From Phycisphaerales bacterium (lineage in GTDB: Bacteria; Planctomycetota; Phycisphaerae; WQYP01): a DNA stretch of 53,635 nucleotides. The notes below the pieces were generated by a model, which made no database searches, was not told where the DNA came from, and worked only from the letters and a program-made list of their open reading frames with translations. Positions 19,472 through 27,817 of this stretch are shown here, in pieces; position 1 is the first letter of the stretch; the number at the start of each line of letters is the position of its first letter. The DNA is taken from positions 1-53,635 of the forward strand of contig JABEVB010000178.1 in assembly GCA_013044165.1 (NCBI GenBank), read 5' to 3'. A program made the position numbers and the translations under genes.

Positions 19472-19500
19472 ATTATGCTTGCTCCCCCCGAGCGAGTCAA
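19472..19500 (-). promoter_or_regulatory. sigma70-like promoter candidate upstream of the SapC gene (TTGACT-17 nt-CATAAT)
   Basis: On the minus strand: -35 TTGACT (19500..19495), 17-nt spacer, -10 CATAAT (19477..19472). This is the only good promoter match I found upstream of the SapC/tpsA/tpsB block. Confidence 0.4.
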
Positions 19501-19595
19501 TCTAAAAATGTGCAAAAAGCAATCGCCCGCGACAAAAGACAGGGCCGTCGGAGGGCCGTTGTCCGGTAAAATGTCCGCCGGCGACGCAACCGCGT

Positions 19596-20930
19596 CTACA
19601 ACAGATGTTTAGCCCAATGCGCGATGCTGTGCATCAGCGAGCTGTTCAGGCCGGCAACCGCCGTATACACACCCACGAGCGATGTCGCCACGATCGTCGC
19701 TACAACCAGCCAGAGATACCAGCCTCGCATCTTCCATTTTTCCGGTAGCGCTCTAATCGCCAGCGCCAACAACAGGCCCAGCACAATCGGCAAGAGCAGC
19801 GCATTCATGACTTCGACACTGATGGTCAACCGCACCAGATTAACACCGGAAAGAACGATGCCGGCTCCGGCCAGCAGGCACACCACATAAACGCCATAAA
19901 ACCATGGCGCTTCAAACGGATGCAGCGCCAGCGAATGTTTGTAGCCGGTGACCTCGCCCAGCCCCCAGGCCGCCGTGAGCGACACCACAATGGTTGCCAC
20001 CAGGGCCGCTCCAAGCATGCCCAGGGCAAAGAGCAACTTACCCCAGAACTCGCCCAGGCCCGGCGTAATGGCGGTGGCAATCTGTTGTACGGTGTTGAGC
20101 GACGCATGCGGGTTGGCCTTGCCAATGGTTGACGCAGCAAGAATCAGCACCGCACCCATGATGCACTGCGTAATCACCGCGCCGATGGCCGTGTCGAGCC
20201 GCGCCGGCCGCAGGTGCTGCATGCCCAGCCCCTTATCCACGACGGCCGACTGCTGATAAAACACCATCCAAGGCATTATGACGGCACCAACATTGCTCGC
20301 CAGCAGAAACAGGTAATTGTTGTCGTGCCAGGGCTGTTCGCGCACGCCGGCAACAATGTCGCCGCCGGAAGGGTGCGCCTTGATAGCCGCAAACACAAAA
20401 GCCAATTCAAAAAGGCCAATCAAAATTGCGACAATTTCCACCTGCCGGTAGGTGCCCGTCGCCGCCACAAGAATCAATAGCAGCACCGCGCCCCACACGC
20501 TCGCCCATGCCGGTACGCCAAACAAAAGCCCCACACCGGCAATGCCGGCAAATTCAGTCAGCAGCGCCCCAACGCACGAGACAAGAAGTGTGCCCACGCT
20601 AAGCCACGCCCAAAAACGCCCGAAACGTTCACGTATAAGCTCGCCATGGCCCTTTTGGGTGGCCAACCCCAGGCGTACCGTAAGTTCCTGAACCAGATAC
20701 AACACCGGAATCAGCACCAACTGCAGCGGCAGCAGGCTGTAACCAAATTGCGCACCGCTTTGCGCCGCTGTGATGGCGCTGCCGGCGTCGGTGTCGGCCA
20801 GCATCACCACCAGCCCCGGCCCCGCCACCAAAAGCAGAAGTTTAACCGAGCGCATCAGGCCACCAGTCAGGCGCAGTTGGCCGCGGCTCTCGACGTCGCG
20901 GGTTGGGGGGCTTGGCGCACTCGACGACAC
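19596..20930 (-). CDS. Nramp-family divalent metal cation transporter (divergent subfamily)
   Basis: 444-aa polytopic protein. GPGLVVMLADTDAGSAITAAQSGAQFGYSLL aligns with the Nramp TM1 GPG...DPGN region, and GAVIMPWMVFYQQS aligns with the TM6 A-x-x-MPH region. GTG start at 20930, 7 nt after the FTR1 stop. An alternative ATG lies at 20855 (MRSVKLLLL). Confidence 0.8.
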   Translation of the reverse strand: MSSSAPSPPTRDVESRGQLRLTGGLMRSVKLLLLVAGPGLVVMLADTDAGSAITAAQSGAQFGYSLLPLQLVLIPVLYLVQELTVRLGLATQKGHGELIRERFGRFWAWLSVGTLLVSCVGALLTEFAGIAGVGLLFGVPAWASVWGAVLLLILVAATGTYRQVEIVAILIGLFELAFVFAAIKAHPSGGDIVAGVREQPWHDNNYLFLLASNVGAVIMPWMVFYQQSAVVDKGLGMQHLRPARLDTAIGAVITQCIMGAVLILAASTIGKANPHASLNTVQQIATAITPGLGEFWGKLLFALGMLGAALVATIVVSLTAAWGLGEVTGYKHSLALHPFEAPWFYGVYVVCLLAGAGIVLSGVNLVRLTISVEVMNALLLPIVLGLLLALAIRALPEKWKMRGWYLWLVVATIVATSLVGVYTAVAGLNSSLMHSIAHWAKHLL

Positions 20931-20937
20931 CGGCGGG

Positions 20938-21984
20938 TTACTCCATCAGGGCGAGTTCATCCGTCTGCCGCACCGAGCGACTGCGTCTGAAATGCCGTGC
21001 GACAAAATACGACCCAATCACAAATACTGCCGCAAACAGTTGTGACGCCAAGCTCTCAACACTCGGATAAATGGCAAACCACAGGTTAAGCCAGTCGGGC
21101 ATGTTCCAGCTCAGAGTGGTGGTTGAAATCCAGTTGGCCTGCTGCATTTCCTGCACGCTTTCGCCAACCATCACAATCAGCACGCAGCCGAGCATCAGGC
21201 CCGTGAGTATAAGCATCTTACGGTAGGGCAGCTTGTAGTGCGCCACAAAGGTCAAGAGCGCCACGATGCCGGTAAGCGCCAGGCCAATCAGCGCGCCCTC
21301 AAGCACCACGCCCGTGCCCGCCTTGAGCCGCAGGCTCTGGAGAAACAGCACCACTTCGAACCCCTCGCGGTACACGCTGGTAAAACCGACCAGCAGCAGC
21401 CCACGGAAGATCGCGGCTTGCCCGCGCTGGGGGTTGGAGGTCAGCTCATTTTTGCGGCGGTTGTGATGGATAATCCAGCCGGCCCAGTAAATCTTATGAA
21501 AAAACCAGTTCATAATGACCAGGAGCACCAGCACCGCCAGGAGGCCCGTCGCCGCCTGCAGGGCCAGTTCAGGTGCGTTAACATCCGACAAAATGCCGAC
21601 CACCACAAACCAGGTTAAGATCGTCGCCCCAAACGACAGCGCCGAGCCAAGCGCCACCGGCTTCAGGTAGCCCTGGTCGGTTCGCGCGAGGCTCGCGGTG
21701 AGCGCCGCCAGCACCAGAATGGCCTCAAGGCCTTCACGAAACACCAGAATGCCCGTATCTAAAACGACAGCAGAACGGCTGATGTTGGCGGCATCCGGGT
21801 TCGGGTTGCCTTTGGCAGTAAGCCCCTGCCATACCAATACCCCAACGACAACCGCAAGCATGGCCCACAGAACCAGCCGCCGCCAAAACCGAAACCGGGC
21901 CGCCGCCGCCCCTTGAGGCGGTCGAATGATGGCACCCCAACCAAGTGATGTCGCCGAGTTTGCCGAAGTGGGCTGTGAGTTCAT
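20938..21984 (-). CDS. FTR1-family high-affinity iron permease
   Basis: Two REXXE motifs in transmembrane context (VFREGLEAILVLAAL and VYREGFEVVLFLQSL), seven or so hydrophobic segments, and an N-terminal extension of about 45 aa. First gene of an FTR1-Nramp pair. Confidence 0.85.
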   Translation of the reverse strand: MNSQPTSANSATSLGWGAIIRPPQGAAAARFRFWRRLVLWAMLAVVVGVLVWQGLTAKGNPNPDAANISRSAVVLDTGILVFREGLEAILVLAALTASLARTDQGYLKPVALGSALSFGATILTWFVVVGILSDVNAPELALQAATGLLAVLVLLVIMNWFFHKIYWAGWIIHHNRRKNELTSNPQRGQAAIFRGLLLVGFTSVYREGFEVVLFLQSLRLKAGTGVVLEGALIGLALTGIVALLTFVAHYKLPYRKMLILTGLMLGCVLIVMVGESVQEMQQANWISTTTLSWNMPDWLNLWFAIYPSVESLASQLFAAVFVIGSYFVARHFRRSRSVRQTDELALME

Positions 21985-22033
21985 CGGTGGCGCTCCGTAG
22001 CGGTGCCTGTTTCGCGGCAGCTTGCCGCGCGAC

Positions 22034-22099
22034 TAGTTGAGACTTAGTCTCATGTAGTACACAATGGGAAAGTTAGCATGGTTGAGACTTAGTGTCAAC
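22034..22099. promoter_or_regulatory. duplicated palindromic operator candidate in the divergent FTR1 / antiporter intergenic region
   Basis: GTTGAGACTTAGT occurs twice (22036..22048 and 22081..22093, 45-bp period). Copy 1 is the core of a perfect palindrome TGAGAC-TTA-GTCTCA (22038..22052). Copy 2 forms GTTGAGAC-TTA-GTGTCAAC (22081..22099, 7/8 arms). Copy 2 overlaps a minus-strand TTGACA hexamer (22098..22093). Confidence 0.45.
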
Positions 22100-22356
22100 A
22101 AAGTTACCACCGCACTGTACAATTCCTCGTCAATCCCTACCGGGCTGATAGCCCTTCACGCCGCCCCATTCGGCCAGAGTTGCGGTGGTTGCGGCGTACT
22201 CGCCAGCCAACTCACAACATAATGTTTCACGCTTCGTGCCTGCGCGGGTGCCTCGTCATAAATGATGAGCCTGAAACTGACGGCGGCAGGGGTGCCAGCA
22301 GGCCCATTGGTACGCCTTGGTTACTTTTTATTCGGCCCAGCGTTACCATACCTTCC

Positions 22357-23883
22357 ATGATCGCTCTCGCGATTAGCTCGCCCGCCTTGCCCTGGCTTTC
22401 ACCGGCACTCATCGAGCCGGCACGAACCGCAGCCTTGCTGCTGCTTTTTGGAGTCTTGGGCCTTATTGCCGTTGCCTCCAGTCGCACGGCCGACCGCCTC
22501 GGCGTACCCGCCGTGCTCGTGCTGCTTATCTTGGGCATGCTCGCCGGGCGAGAGGGCTTTGGCGGTGTCGCCTTTAACGATTATCACTTCGCGTTTCGGC
22601 TCGGCACGGTGGCGCTGATCTTAATTCTCTTTGAGGGCGGCTTTAACACTTCTCCCGGCACGCTGCGCAGCGCCCTGGCCCCGGCAGCACTTTTGGCCAC
22701 CATCGGCGTCGCCCTCACGGCCGGCATTGTCGCGGCGCTGGCGCACCTTTTTGGCCTCGATCTGAACGAATCACTCCTCATAGGCGCCGTCGTTTCTTCG
22801 ACCGACACTGCAGCCGTCTTTGCCGTACTCCGCGGCGGAAGCCTGCGACTTCAGCCGCGCATGAGCCGCCTTATTGAACTCGAATCGTGCCTTAACGACC
22901 CCATGGCTGTTATCCTGACCACCTCGGTGGTGGCTGTGCTCGAACATCATCACCCCATCTGGTGGAAACTATTGGCCGATGTCCCGCTGCAACTTTTAAT
23001 CGGCAGCATAGTCGGAGCCGCCCTGGGCCTTGCGGCACGCACGGCCTTGCGGCGTCTGCGGCTTGCGTCCTCTGGTTTAATTCCGGCATTCACGCTTGCA
23101 GCCGCCTTTGCCTCGTTCGGGGCCGCTACGCTGGCTGGCGGCAGCGGATTTCTGGCGGTCTACATGACCGGCCTGATGATGGATGCCCAATCGCTGCCGT
23201 TTAAAAATGGTTTAGCCCGCGTGCACGCTGCCCTGGGCTGGCTTGGACAAATCGGCATGTTTTTGATGCTCGGCCTGATGGTCCGCCCGAGCGAACTCCT
23301 TCAGGTCGCCGGCATCGGCGTCGCGCTGGCGGTGCTGCTGGCCGTTGCCGCGCGGCCTCTGGCGGTGGCGGCCTGCCTGTTGCCGCTCGGTTACTCAACG
23401 AAAGAAACCGCCTTTATCGGTTGGGTGGGCTTGCGCGGTGCGGTGCCGGTTATTCTCGCTACTTTTCCGGTCATGGCGCATCTGCCGGGTGCGCAGCACA
23501 TCTTTAACATTGTATTTTTTGTCGTGGTGGTCAACACCCTGTTTCCGGGGGCAACCATCCGCTGGGTGACGCGCCGCATGGGCCTTGTCGCCGACGAAAA
23601 ACCCTCACCCGAGGCCGTCCTGGAGATTAATTCGCCACGGCCGCTCTCCGGCGAAGTAACATCTTTCCTGATTGAACCTTCGGTAGCCGTATGCGGCGCT
23701 CGCCTTCGCGATATTGAGTTTCCCAAGGCCGCCGCCGTCATGCTCATTGTGCGTAACGACGATTTGCTCGCGCCGCGCGGCGACACGGTATTTGAACCGG
23801 GCGACCACGTTTATGTATTCTTTAATCGCAGCGACCGGCCGCTGATGGACCTGCTCTTCGGCCGTTCGGAAGATGCCGGCTGA
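22357..23883 (+). CDS. potassium/proton antiporter (CPA1, NhaP2/CvrA-like) with C-terminal RCK_C/TrkA-C domain
   Basis: Multi-TM Na_H-exchanger-type core (LLILGMLAGREGFGGV, VVSSTDTAAVFAVLRG, ELESCLNDPMAVIL) followed by a soluble tail (GARLRDIEFPKAAAVMLIVRNDDLLAPRGDTVFEPGDHVYVF). The ORF track starts at TTG 22180. The first 59 codons look non-membrane and basic, so ATG 22357 (MIALAISSPALPW) is preferred. Confidence 0.85.
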   Translation: MIALAISSPALPWLSPALIEPARTAALLLLFGVLGLIAVASSRTADRLGVPAVLVLLILGMLAGREGFGGVAFNDYHFAFRLGTVALILILFEGGFNTSPGTLRSALAPAALLATIGVALTAGIVAALAHLFGLDLNESLLIGAVVSSTDTAAVFAVLRGGSLRLQPRMSRLIELESCLNDPMAVILTTSVVAVLEHHHPIWWKLLADVPLQLLIGSIVGAALGLAARTALRRLRLASSGLIPAFTLAAAFASFGAATLAGGSGFLAVYMTGLMMDAQSLPFKNGLARVHAALGWLGQIGMFLMLGLMVRPSELLQVAGIGVALAVLLAVAARPLAVAACLLPLGYSTKETAFIGWVGLRGAVPVILATFPVMAHLPGAQHIFNIVFFVVVVNTLFPGATIRWVTRRMGLVADEKPSPEAVLEINSPRPLSGEVTSFLIEPSVAVCGARLRDIEFPKAAAVMLIVRNDDLLAPRGDTVFEPGDHVYVFFNRSDRPLMDLLFGRSEDAG

Positions 23884-23979
23884 TTCATCCATGGCCACAC
23901 GTCGGCCGTAGTACAATTGACGTCTGCCAAGCTGGCACAGGCCGGTGCCGCCAGACGCACGACATGACAGGAGCTTTGC

Positions 23980-24477
23980 ATGAGTGTTGAAGTTGCCGAT
24001 TTTGGGGCGGGCTGTTTTTGGGGCGTTGAGGCTGCCTTTCGGCGCGTGCCCGGCGTTTTGGACGTTGCCGTTGGCTATGAGGGCGGCAGCACCCGCAACC
24101 CAACTTACCGGGATGTTTGCACCGATGAAACCGGCCACGCCGAGGTGGTACAGGTGCGCTTTGACCCGTCACAGGTAACCTACGGGCAACTACTCGAGGT
24201 GTTTTTTGAAAGCCACGATCCAACCACCATAGACCGCCAGGGACCCGACGTTGGCAAACAATACCGCAGCGCGGTTTTTTATCACTCGCAGAGTCAACGC
24301 GAGCAGGCGGAAGCCGAGATTTTGCGCCGCAACAACAGCGGCCAGTACGTTGGCCCGATCGTGACCTCTATTGAGCCGGCCGACACCTTTTACCGCGCGG
24401 AAGAATACCATCAGCGCTATTTTGAAAAAAAGGGCGTCAACTACAGTTGTCACGTTGGAAACGGCAAGAAGCGGTAA
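23980..24477 (+). CDS. msrA: peptide-methionine (S)-S-oxide reductase MsrA
   Basis: Canonical active site [13 protein letters not shown], then [12 protein letters not shown] and [14 protein letters not shown] lies 7 nt upstream of the ATG. Confidence 0.95.
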   Translation: MSVEVADFGAGCFWGVEAAFRRVPGVLDVAVGYEGGSTRNPTYRDVCTDETGHAEVVQVRFDPSQVTYGQLLEVFFESHDPTTIDRQGPDVGKQYRSAVFYHSQSQREQAEAEILRRNNSGQYVGPIVTSIEPADTFYRAEEYHQRYFEKKGVNYSCHVGNGKKR

Positions 24478-24563
24478 GCGTCGCCGCGACTCACGCATCG
24501 CCCGCGGCCCGGTCGCAGGCCGCAATGAGTTCAGGTTATTATCCACCAGCAAAGGAGCACACA

Positions 24564-25052
24564 GTGTCTAACACCCAAAACAGTACAACCCCCAGCAAGC
24601 CCGTAACCACAAGCTGCGGCACCAGTAAGCCCGCAGCCTGCGGTACCGCTCATTGGCAAAGCAAAAGCGACGACGAGTGGAAAGCCATCTTAACGCCCGA
24701 TCAATACCGCATCGCGCGGCAGGCCGGCACCGAGCAAGCGTTCACCGGCAAATACTGGAACACCAAAACCGCCGGCACCTATTGCTGCGCATGCTGCGGG
24801 CAGGAACTTTTCGATTCTGATACCAAGTTTGACTCCGGCACGGGCTGGCCGAGCTTTTTTCAGCCGCTGCATGCTGCTGGCGTGCGCGAACATTCTGATA
24901 CCTCCTATGGCATGGCGCGCACCGAAGTGCAGTGCGCCCGCTGCGGGGCACACCTCGGTCACGTATTCAAGGATGGCCCAAAACCCACTGGCCTGCGCTA
25001 CTGCATGAACTCGGCCTCGCTTGACCTTAAGCCGCGCGACAAAGCCACCTGA
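24564..25052 (+). CDS. msrB: peptide-methionine (R)-S-oxide reductase MsrB
   Basis: SelR signature: two CxxC zinc motifs ([18 protein letters not shown]) and catalytic RYCMNSASL. The ORF opens at 24447, overlapping msrA. GTG 24564 has AGGAG 6 nt upstream and is preferred; ATG 24525 is also possible. Confidence 0.92.
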   Translation: MSNTQNSTTPSKPVTTSCGTSKPAACGTAHWQSKSDDEWKAILTPDQYRIARQAGTEQAFTGKYWNTKTAGTYCCACCGQELFDSDTKFDSGTGWPSFFQPLHAAGVREHSDTSYGMARTEVQCARCGAHLGHVFKDGPKPTGLRYCMNSASLDLKPRDKAT

Positions 25053-25153
25053 CGGGTTCAAGCGCTGCCACCAACGGCCGCCACCTCAAATGGGCCAGGC
25101 CCGCGCGTATGCCTGCAGTTCTTGCATTACCCCAACCGATAAAATCATAATAG

Positions 25154-25822
25154 GTGAGTCGCTTATTCGGAGTATGTGCCGTGAACGTACTCGGTTTAGT
25201 TCAACTCGTTGATGCCCCATCGGCAGGTGGTGGTTATCCGTTTTGCTTTGGCATAGAGCGCCGAGCCGCCTGCGGCGACTTAAGCCGCCCGAGCGATGTG
25301 CTCAACCTGGTTCAGCGATTGCTCAAGCTGTTCATCGGTCCATGCGATGGCATTGCGGCGGGTTGCGCCTTTCGCGCTGCTCGCAGCAGCGAGTTTCAAG
25401 GGCTTGGCGAGTTGTGTCAAAAGCTCTCGGCTGCCAGTCCGCCGGCGATGAGCCTGGCCTCGTTGCACATGGGCCGCCGGCTCTGGGAGCTTTCGCGCCG
25501 GTGGGACTGGAGCCACCCCGTGCATGATCAGCTTGATCCTATGGCGGCTTGTGTGGATTTGCATCATGCGGTGGCTTTTGGCTCGCTCGTGAGCGAAACC
25601 ACAGCCAACCCCGTGCGCGCCGTTGCCGCATGCCTTTTGCAGGCCGCTCGAGGAATTATCAACACAGCCGTCGCGGCCGCCAGCTTCGACGATTCTATCG
25701 GACGTCAACTGCTTTGGGAGGTACAACCCGCCATTTCCGATATCGCACGTCAGTATGCCGAGTGCAGCCCCCATGACATTGCAACATTGGCCACTGATAC
25801 CGAGCTTTCCAACGGCTTTTGA
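25154..25822 (+). CDS. hypothetical protein (helical, no family recognised)
   Basis: 222-aa ORF with coding-like codon pattern. It is followed about 120 nt downstream by a plus-strand intrinsic terminator (25945..25974), which favours this strand over the antisense ORF 25280..25774. Start uncertain. Confidence 0.3.
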   Translation: MSRLFGVCAVNVLGLVQLVDAPSAGGGYPFCFGIERRAACGDLSRPSDVLNLVQRLLKLFIGPCDGIAAGCAFRAARSSEFQGLGELCQKLSAASPPAMSLASLHMGRRLWELSRRWDWSHPVHDQLDPMAACVDLHHAVAFGSLVSETTANPVRAVAACLLQAARGIINTAVAAASFDDSIGRQLLWEVQPAISDIARQYAECSPHDIATLATDTELSNGF

Positions 25823-25944
25823 CCCATCCGCCCATCGCCCGTATTTCCGATAAAATCGGCCCAGATTGAATTTCAGTCTTTATTTGCTGGCCTTTGCCCG
25901 CCCAATTGTCTATAGTGAGTGGCGTTATGAGGGCGTTTCTGCCT

Positions 25945-25974
25945 GGCCTCGAAGCGCAAGAGGCCTTTTGTTGT
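25945..25974 (+). terminator. rho-independent terminator candidate
   Basis: GGCCTC (25945..25950), 9-nt loop, GAGGCC (25960..25965), followed by TTTTGTTGT. Confidence 0.5.
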
Positions 25975-26208
25975 CGGCAGAGCGCTGGTCTTTCCGTCGA
26001 GCGGTGGTGGTGCAATGGTGCTGGTGGTGCCTGCAAGGCTTTACGCGGCTGAAAATGCTCGGCAGATGGGCGACAACTCTAAACCCATCCTCAACATTAT
26101 GCCGATAAATTCGGTGCAGGCCGGGTTGTGGCCGGCACACCTCGGTGGTCATCAGATTCTTTTTGATTCTGGCCACCAATGTTCGTTGTTGTTTTAGCGG
26201 TCGTGATT

Positions 26209-27474
26209 ATGACAGGGCCTACACCCTCTTATCCCTACGTTGCCTCGCGGACGCCATCACCCGATGACTCCGCCGTCGGGGCCTCGGCCTCGAGCAGGGC
26301 CGGAATTGCCGGCCTTACAGCACCCGAAGCGCTCACCCGTTGGGCTGCCGATGGCTGGCGACAGCAGCGCACACCCGGTGCCTACGAATGGTGGCACTTT
26401 GATGCCATTGATGCCGCCGGCAACGGCGTGGTAATCGCTCTTTACGACGGCTTTTGTTTTCATTCCAAATATCTTTCTGAAATTCGCCGCTTCCATTGGC
26501 GCATGCACAAGCGCGATTTAAGCGGTATCCGCGGACAGGTGCTGCCGACGTTTTATCCCGCCGCCTATGTTGCGGTTTTTCAGGGAGGCCGCTGCGCCGC
26601 TCGATTTTTCAATATGTATCCCCCAGGCTCGTTCAAAGGCTGCACCGACTGGCCCGAGTTTCAGGTCGGGCCGAATCGCGTCACGCTGCGGCAGGACGGC
26701 AGCTTTGGCATTTCGGTTCGCGGATACCCATCGCACATCACGCTGGCTGGACCTCGGCATCGCCGCGATCAGTCTGTCATTGCTGATTTGACCTTTGTGC
26801 CCAGCTTTCCCACCGTGCAGCACTCCGGAGCGTTTCGGCCCGATGGGGCCGATGGCGCCCATCACGAATGGATCGTCGCGGCTCCGCATGGCACCGTAAC
26901 CGGCAGGGTTCAGCATCTGGACATGCGCGAAAATCTCATGCTTCTCGACTCTCCTATTAACACCATAGGCTTTCACGACCATCACGTTGGAGGCTCGGGC
27001 ATTGGCCGTGGCATGAAGCGTTTCACCCGCGGCCGCGTGCTCGGCGACGATTGGGCTGTTGTCTGGAATGTCGCCTCTGGCCTGGAGTCGGGCGCTCCGG
27101 CATGCGATAAAATTTTGATTTTTCAGAAGGGCGCAGAACCTATTATTTTAGAGCATCCACGTACTGAAATTCGCCAGACACGCCTCACCAAGTCGCTCGT
27201 GCGATACCCCTGTCAGATGACAATGCACGGGAGCGATACCCGCGGCAACACCGTCGAGCTGCTGTTAACGCACCGCCACGTTATGGAAACCACGCCGTTT
27301 TCCGTCCGAACAAGCTGCGCCATGCAGATGCGCCTGCCTGGAAAACGCCAATTCGTCGGCCGCGGCATGATGGAAACCAATGCTGTTCACAACCTGACGC
27401 TGCCCATCATCAGCGACGTTGCCATCCGTTCCATCGTGCCAATCGAACCCGACGACCCGTTATGGCGGCAATAA
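26209..27474 (+). CDS. CrtC-like (carotenoid 1,2-hydratase / hydroxyneurosporene synthase family) protein
   Basis: N-terminal signature PGAYEWWHFDAIDAAGNGVVIALYDGFCFHSKY matches the GGYxWWYxDAxSDDGxxGLTIIAFxGSVFSPYY block I recall from CrtC. The ORF opens at 26179; ATG 26209 (MTGPTPSYPY) is chosen. No other carotenoid genes are in the window. Confidence 0.5.
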   Translation: MTGPTPSYPYVASRTPSPDDSAVGASASSRAGIAGLTAPEALTRWAADGWRQQRTPGAYEWWHFDAIDAAGNGVVIALYDGFCFHSKYLSEIRRFHWRMHKRDLSGIRGQVLPTFYPAAYVAVFQGGRCAARFFNMYPPGSFKGCTDWPEFQVGPNRVTLRQDGSFGISVRGYPSHITLAGPRHRRDQSVIADLTFVPSFPTVQHSGAFRPDGADGAHHEWIVAAPHGTVTGRVQHLDMRENLMLLDSPINTIGFHDHHVGGSGIGRGMKRFTRGRVLGDDWAVVWNVASGLESGAPACDKILIFQKGAEPIILEHPRTEIRQTRLTKSLVRYPCQMTMHGSDTRGNTVELLLTHRHVMETTPFSVRTSCAMQMRLPGKRQFVGRGMMETNAVHNLTLPIISDVAIRSIVPIEPDDPLWRQ

Positions 27475-27745
27475 TTACCTCACACTCACCTTGATCACCA
27501 ATCTAACCAACCGCGACACCCGCCATTTTTAACGCGGGCTTCCAGTCGGCAACAATCTCACGCAAGACGAAGCACCGGATATAAGCCTCGTAGTGCCGCG
27601 TTCCTCGCCACCCAAAACCTCGCCAGGCACCGGCTCCTCCGTGCCAACAGATGTGCACCGCCGCCACAAGAGAAATCTCCGTGAGCCTTCTATGGCATTG
27701 CTCCATCAGAGCGTCCGAATGTCAGGCGAAACCTGCAAAACGCCA

Positions 27746-27777
27746 CGCGGGCGCTGGGAGTGTAGTCAGCGCCCGCG
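27746..27777 (-). terminator. strong hairpin terminating the cytochrome-porin-cytochrome operon
   Basis: Perfect 11-bp stem CGCGGGCGCTG (27746..27756) / CAGCGCCCGCG (27767..27777) with a 10-nt loop, 40 nt past the stop at 27818. On the minus strand it is followed by TGGCGTTTTGCAGGTTT. Confidence 0.55.
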
Positions 27778-27817
27778 GGTTTGAAGAAAGAGTGGAGTTC
27801 GTGCTGCAAAGCGGCGA

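Noticed and set aside
18854-19612. 252-aa plus-strand ORF antisense to the SapC gene, and smaller ORFs at 19057..19379.
   Set aside because: They are antisense to a gene with a strong family signature, and the products are basic low-complexity sequence.
22180-22356. 59-codon TTG-initiated extension of the K+/H+ antiporter.
   Set aside because: The extension is Arg/Cys-rich and non-membrane, begins inside the operator/promoter region, and precedes a clean ATG followed immediately by TM1.
25280-25774. 164-aa minus-strand ORF opposite the 25154..25822 hypothetical gene.
   Set aside because: The plus-strand frame is longer, less Arg/Gly-biased and followed by a plus-strand terminator. Both remain low confidence.
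25975-26208. Riboswitch or known structured RNA upstream of the CrtC-like gene (checked from memory against cobalamin, TPP, glycine, fluoride, Mn, guanidine, RNase P, tmRNA, SRP and 6S hallmarks).
   Set aside because: None of the conserved cores that I know are present. Only a formal Rfam scan could settle it.
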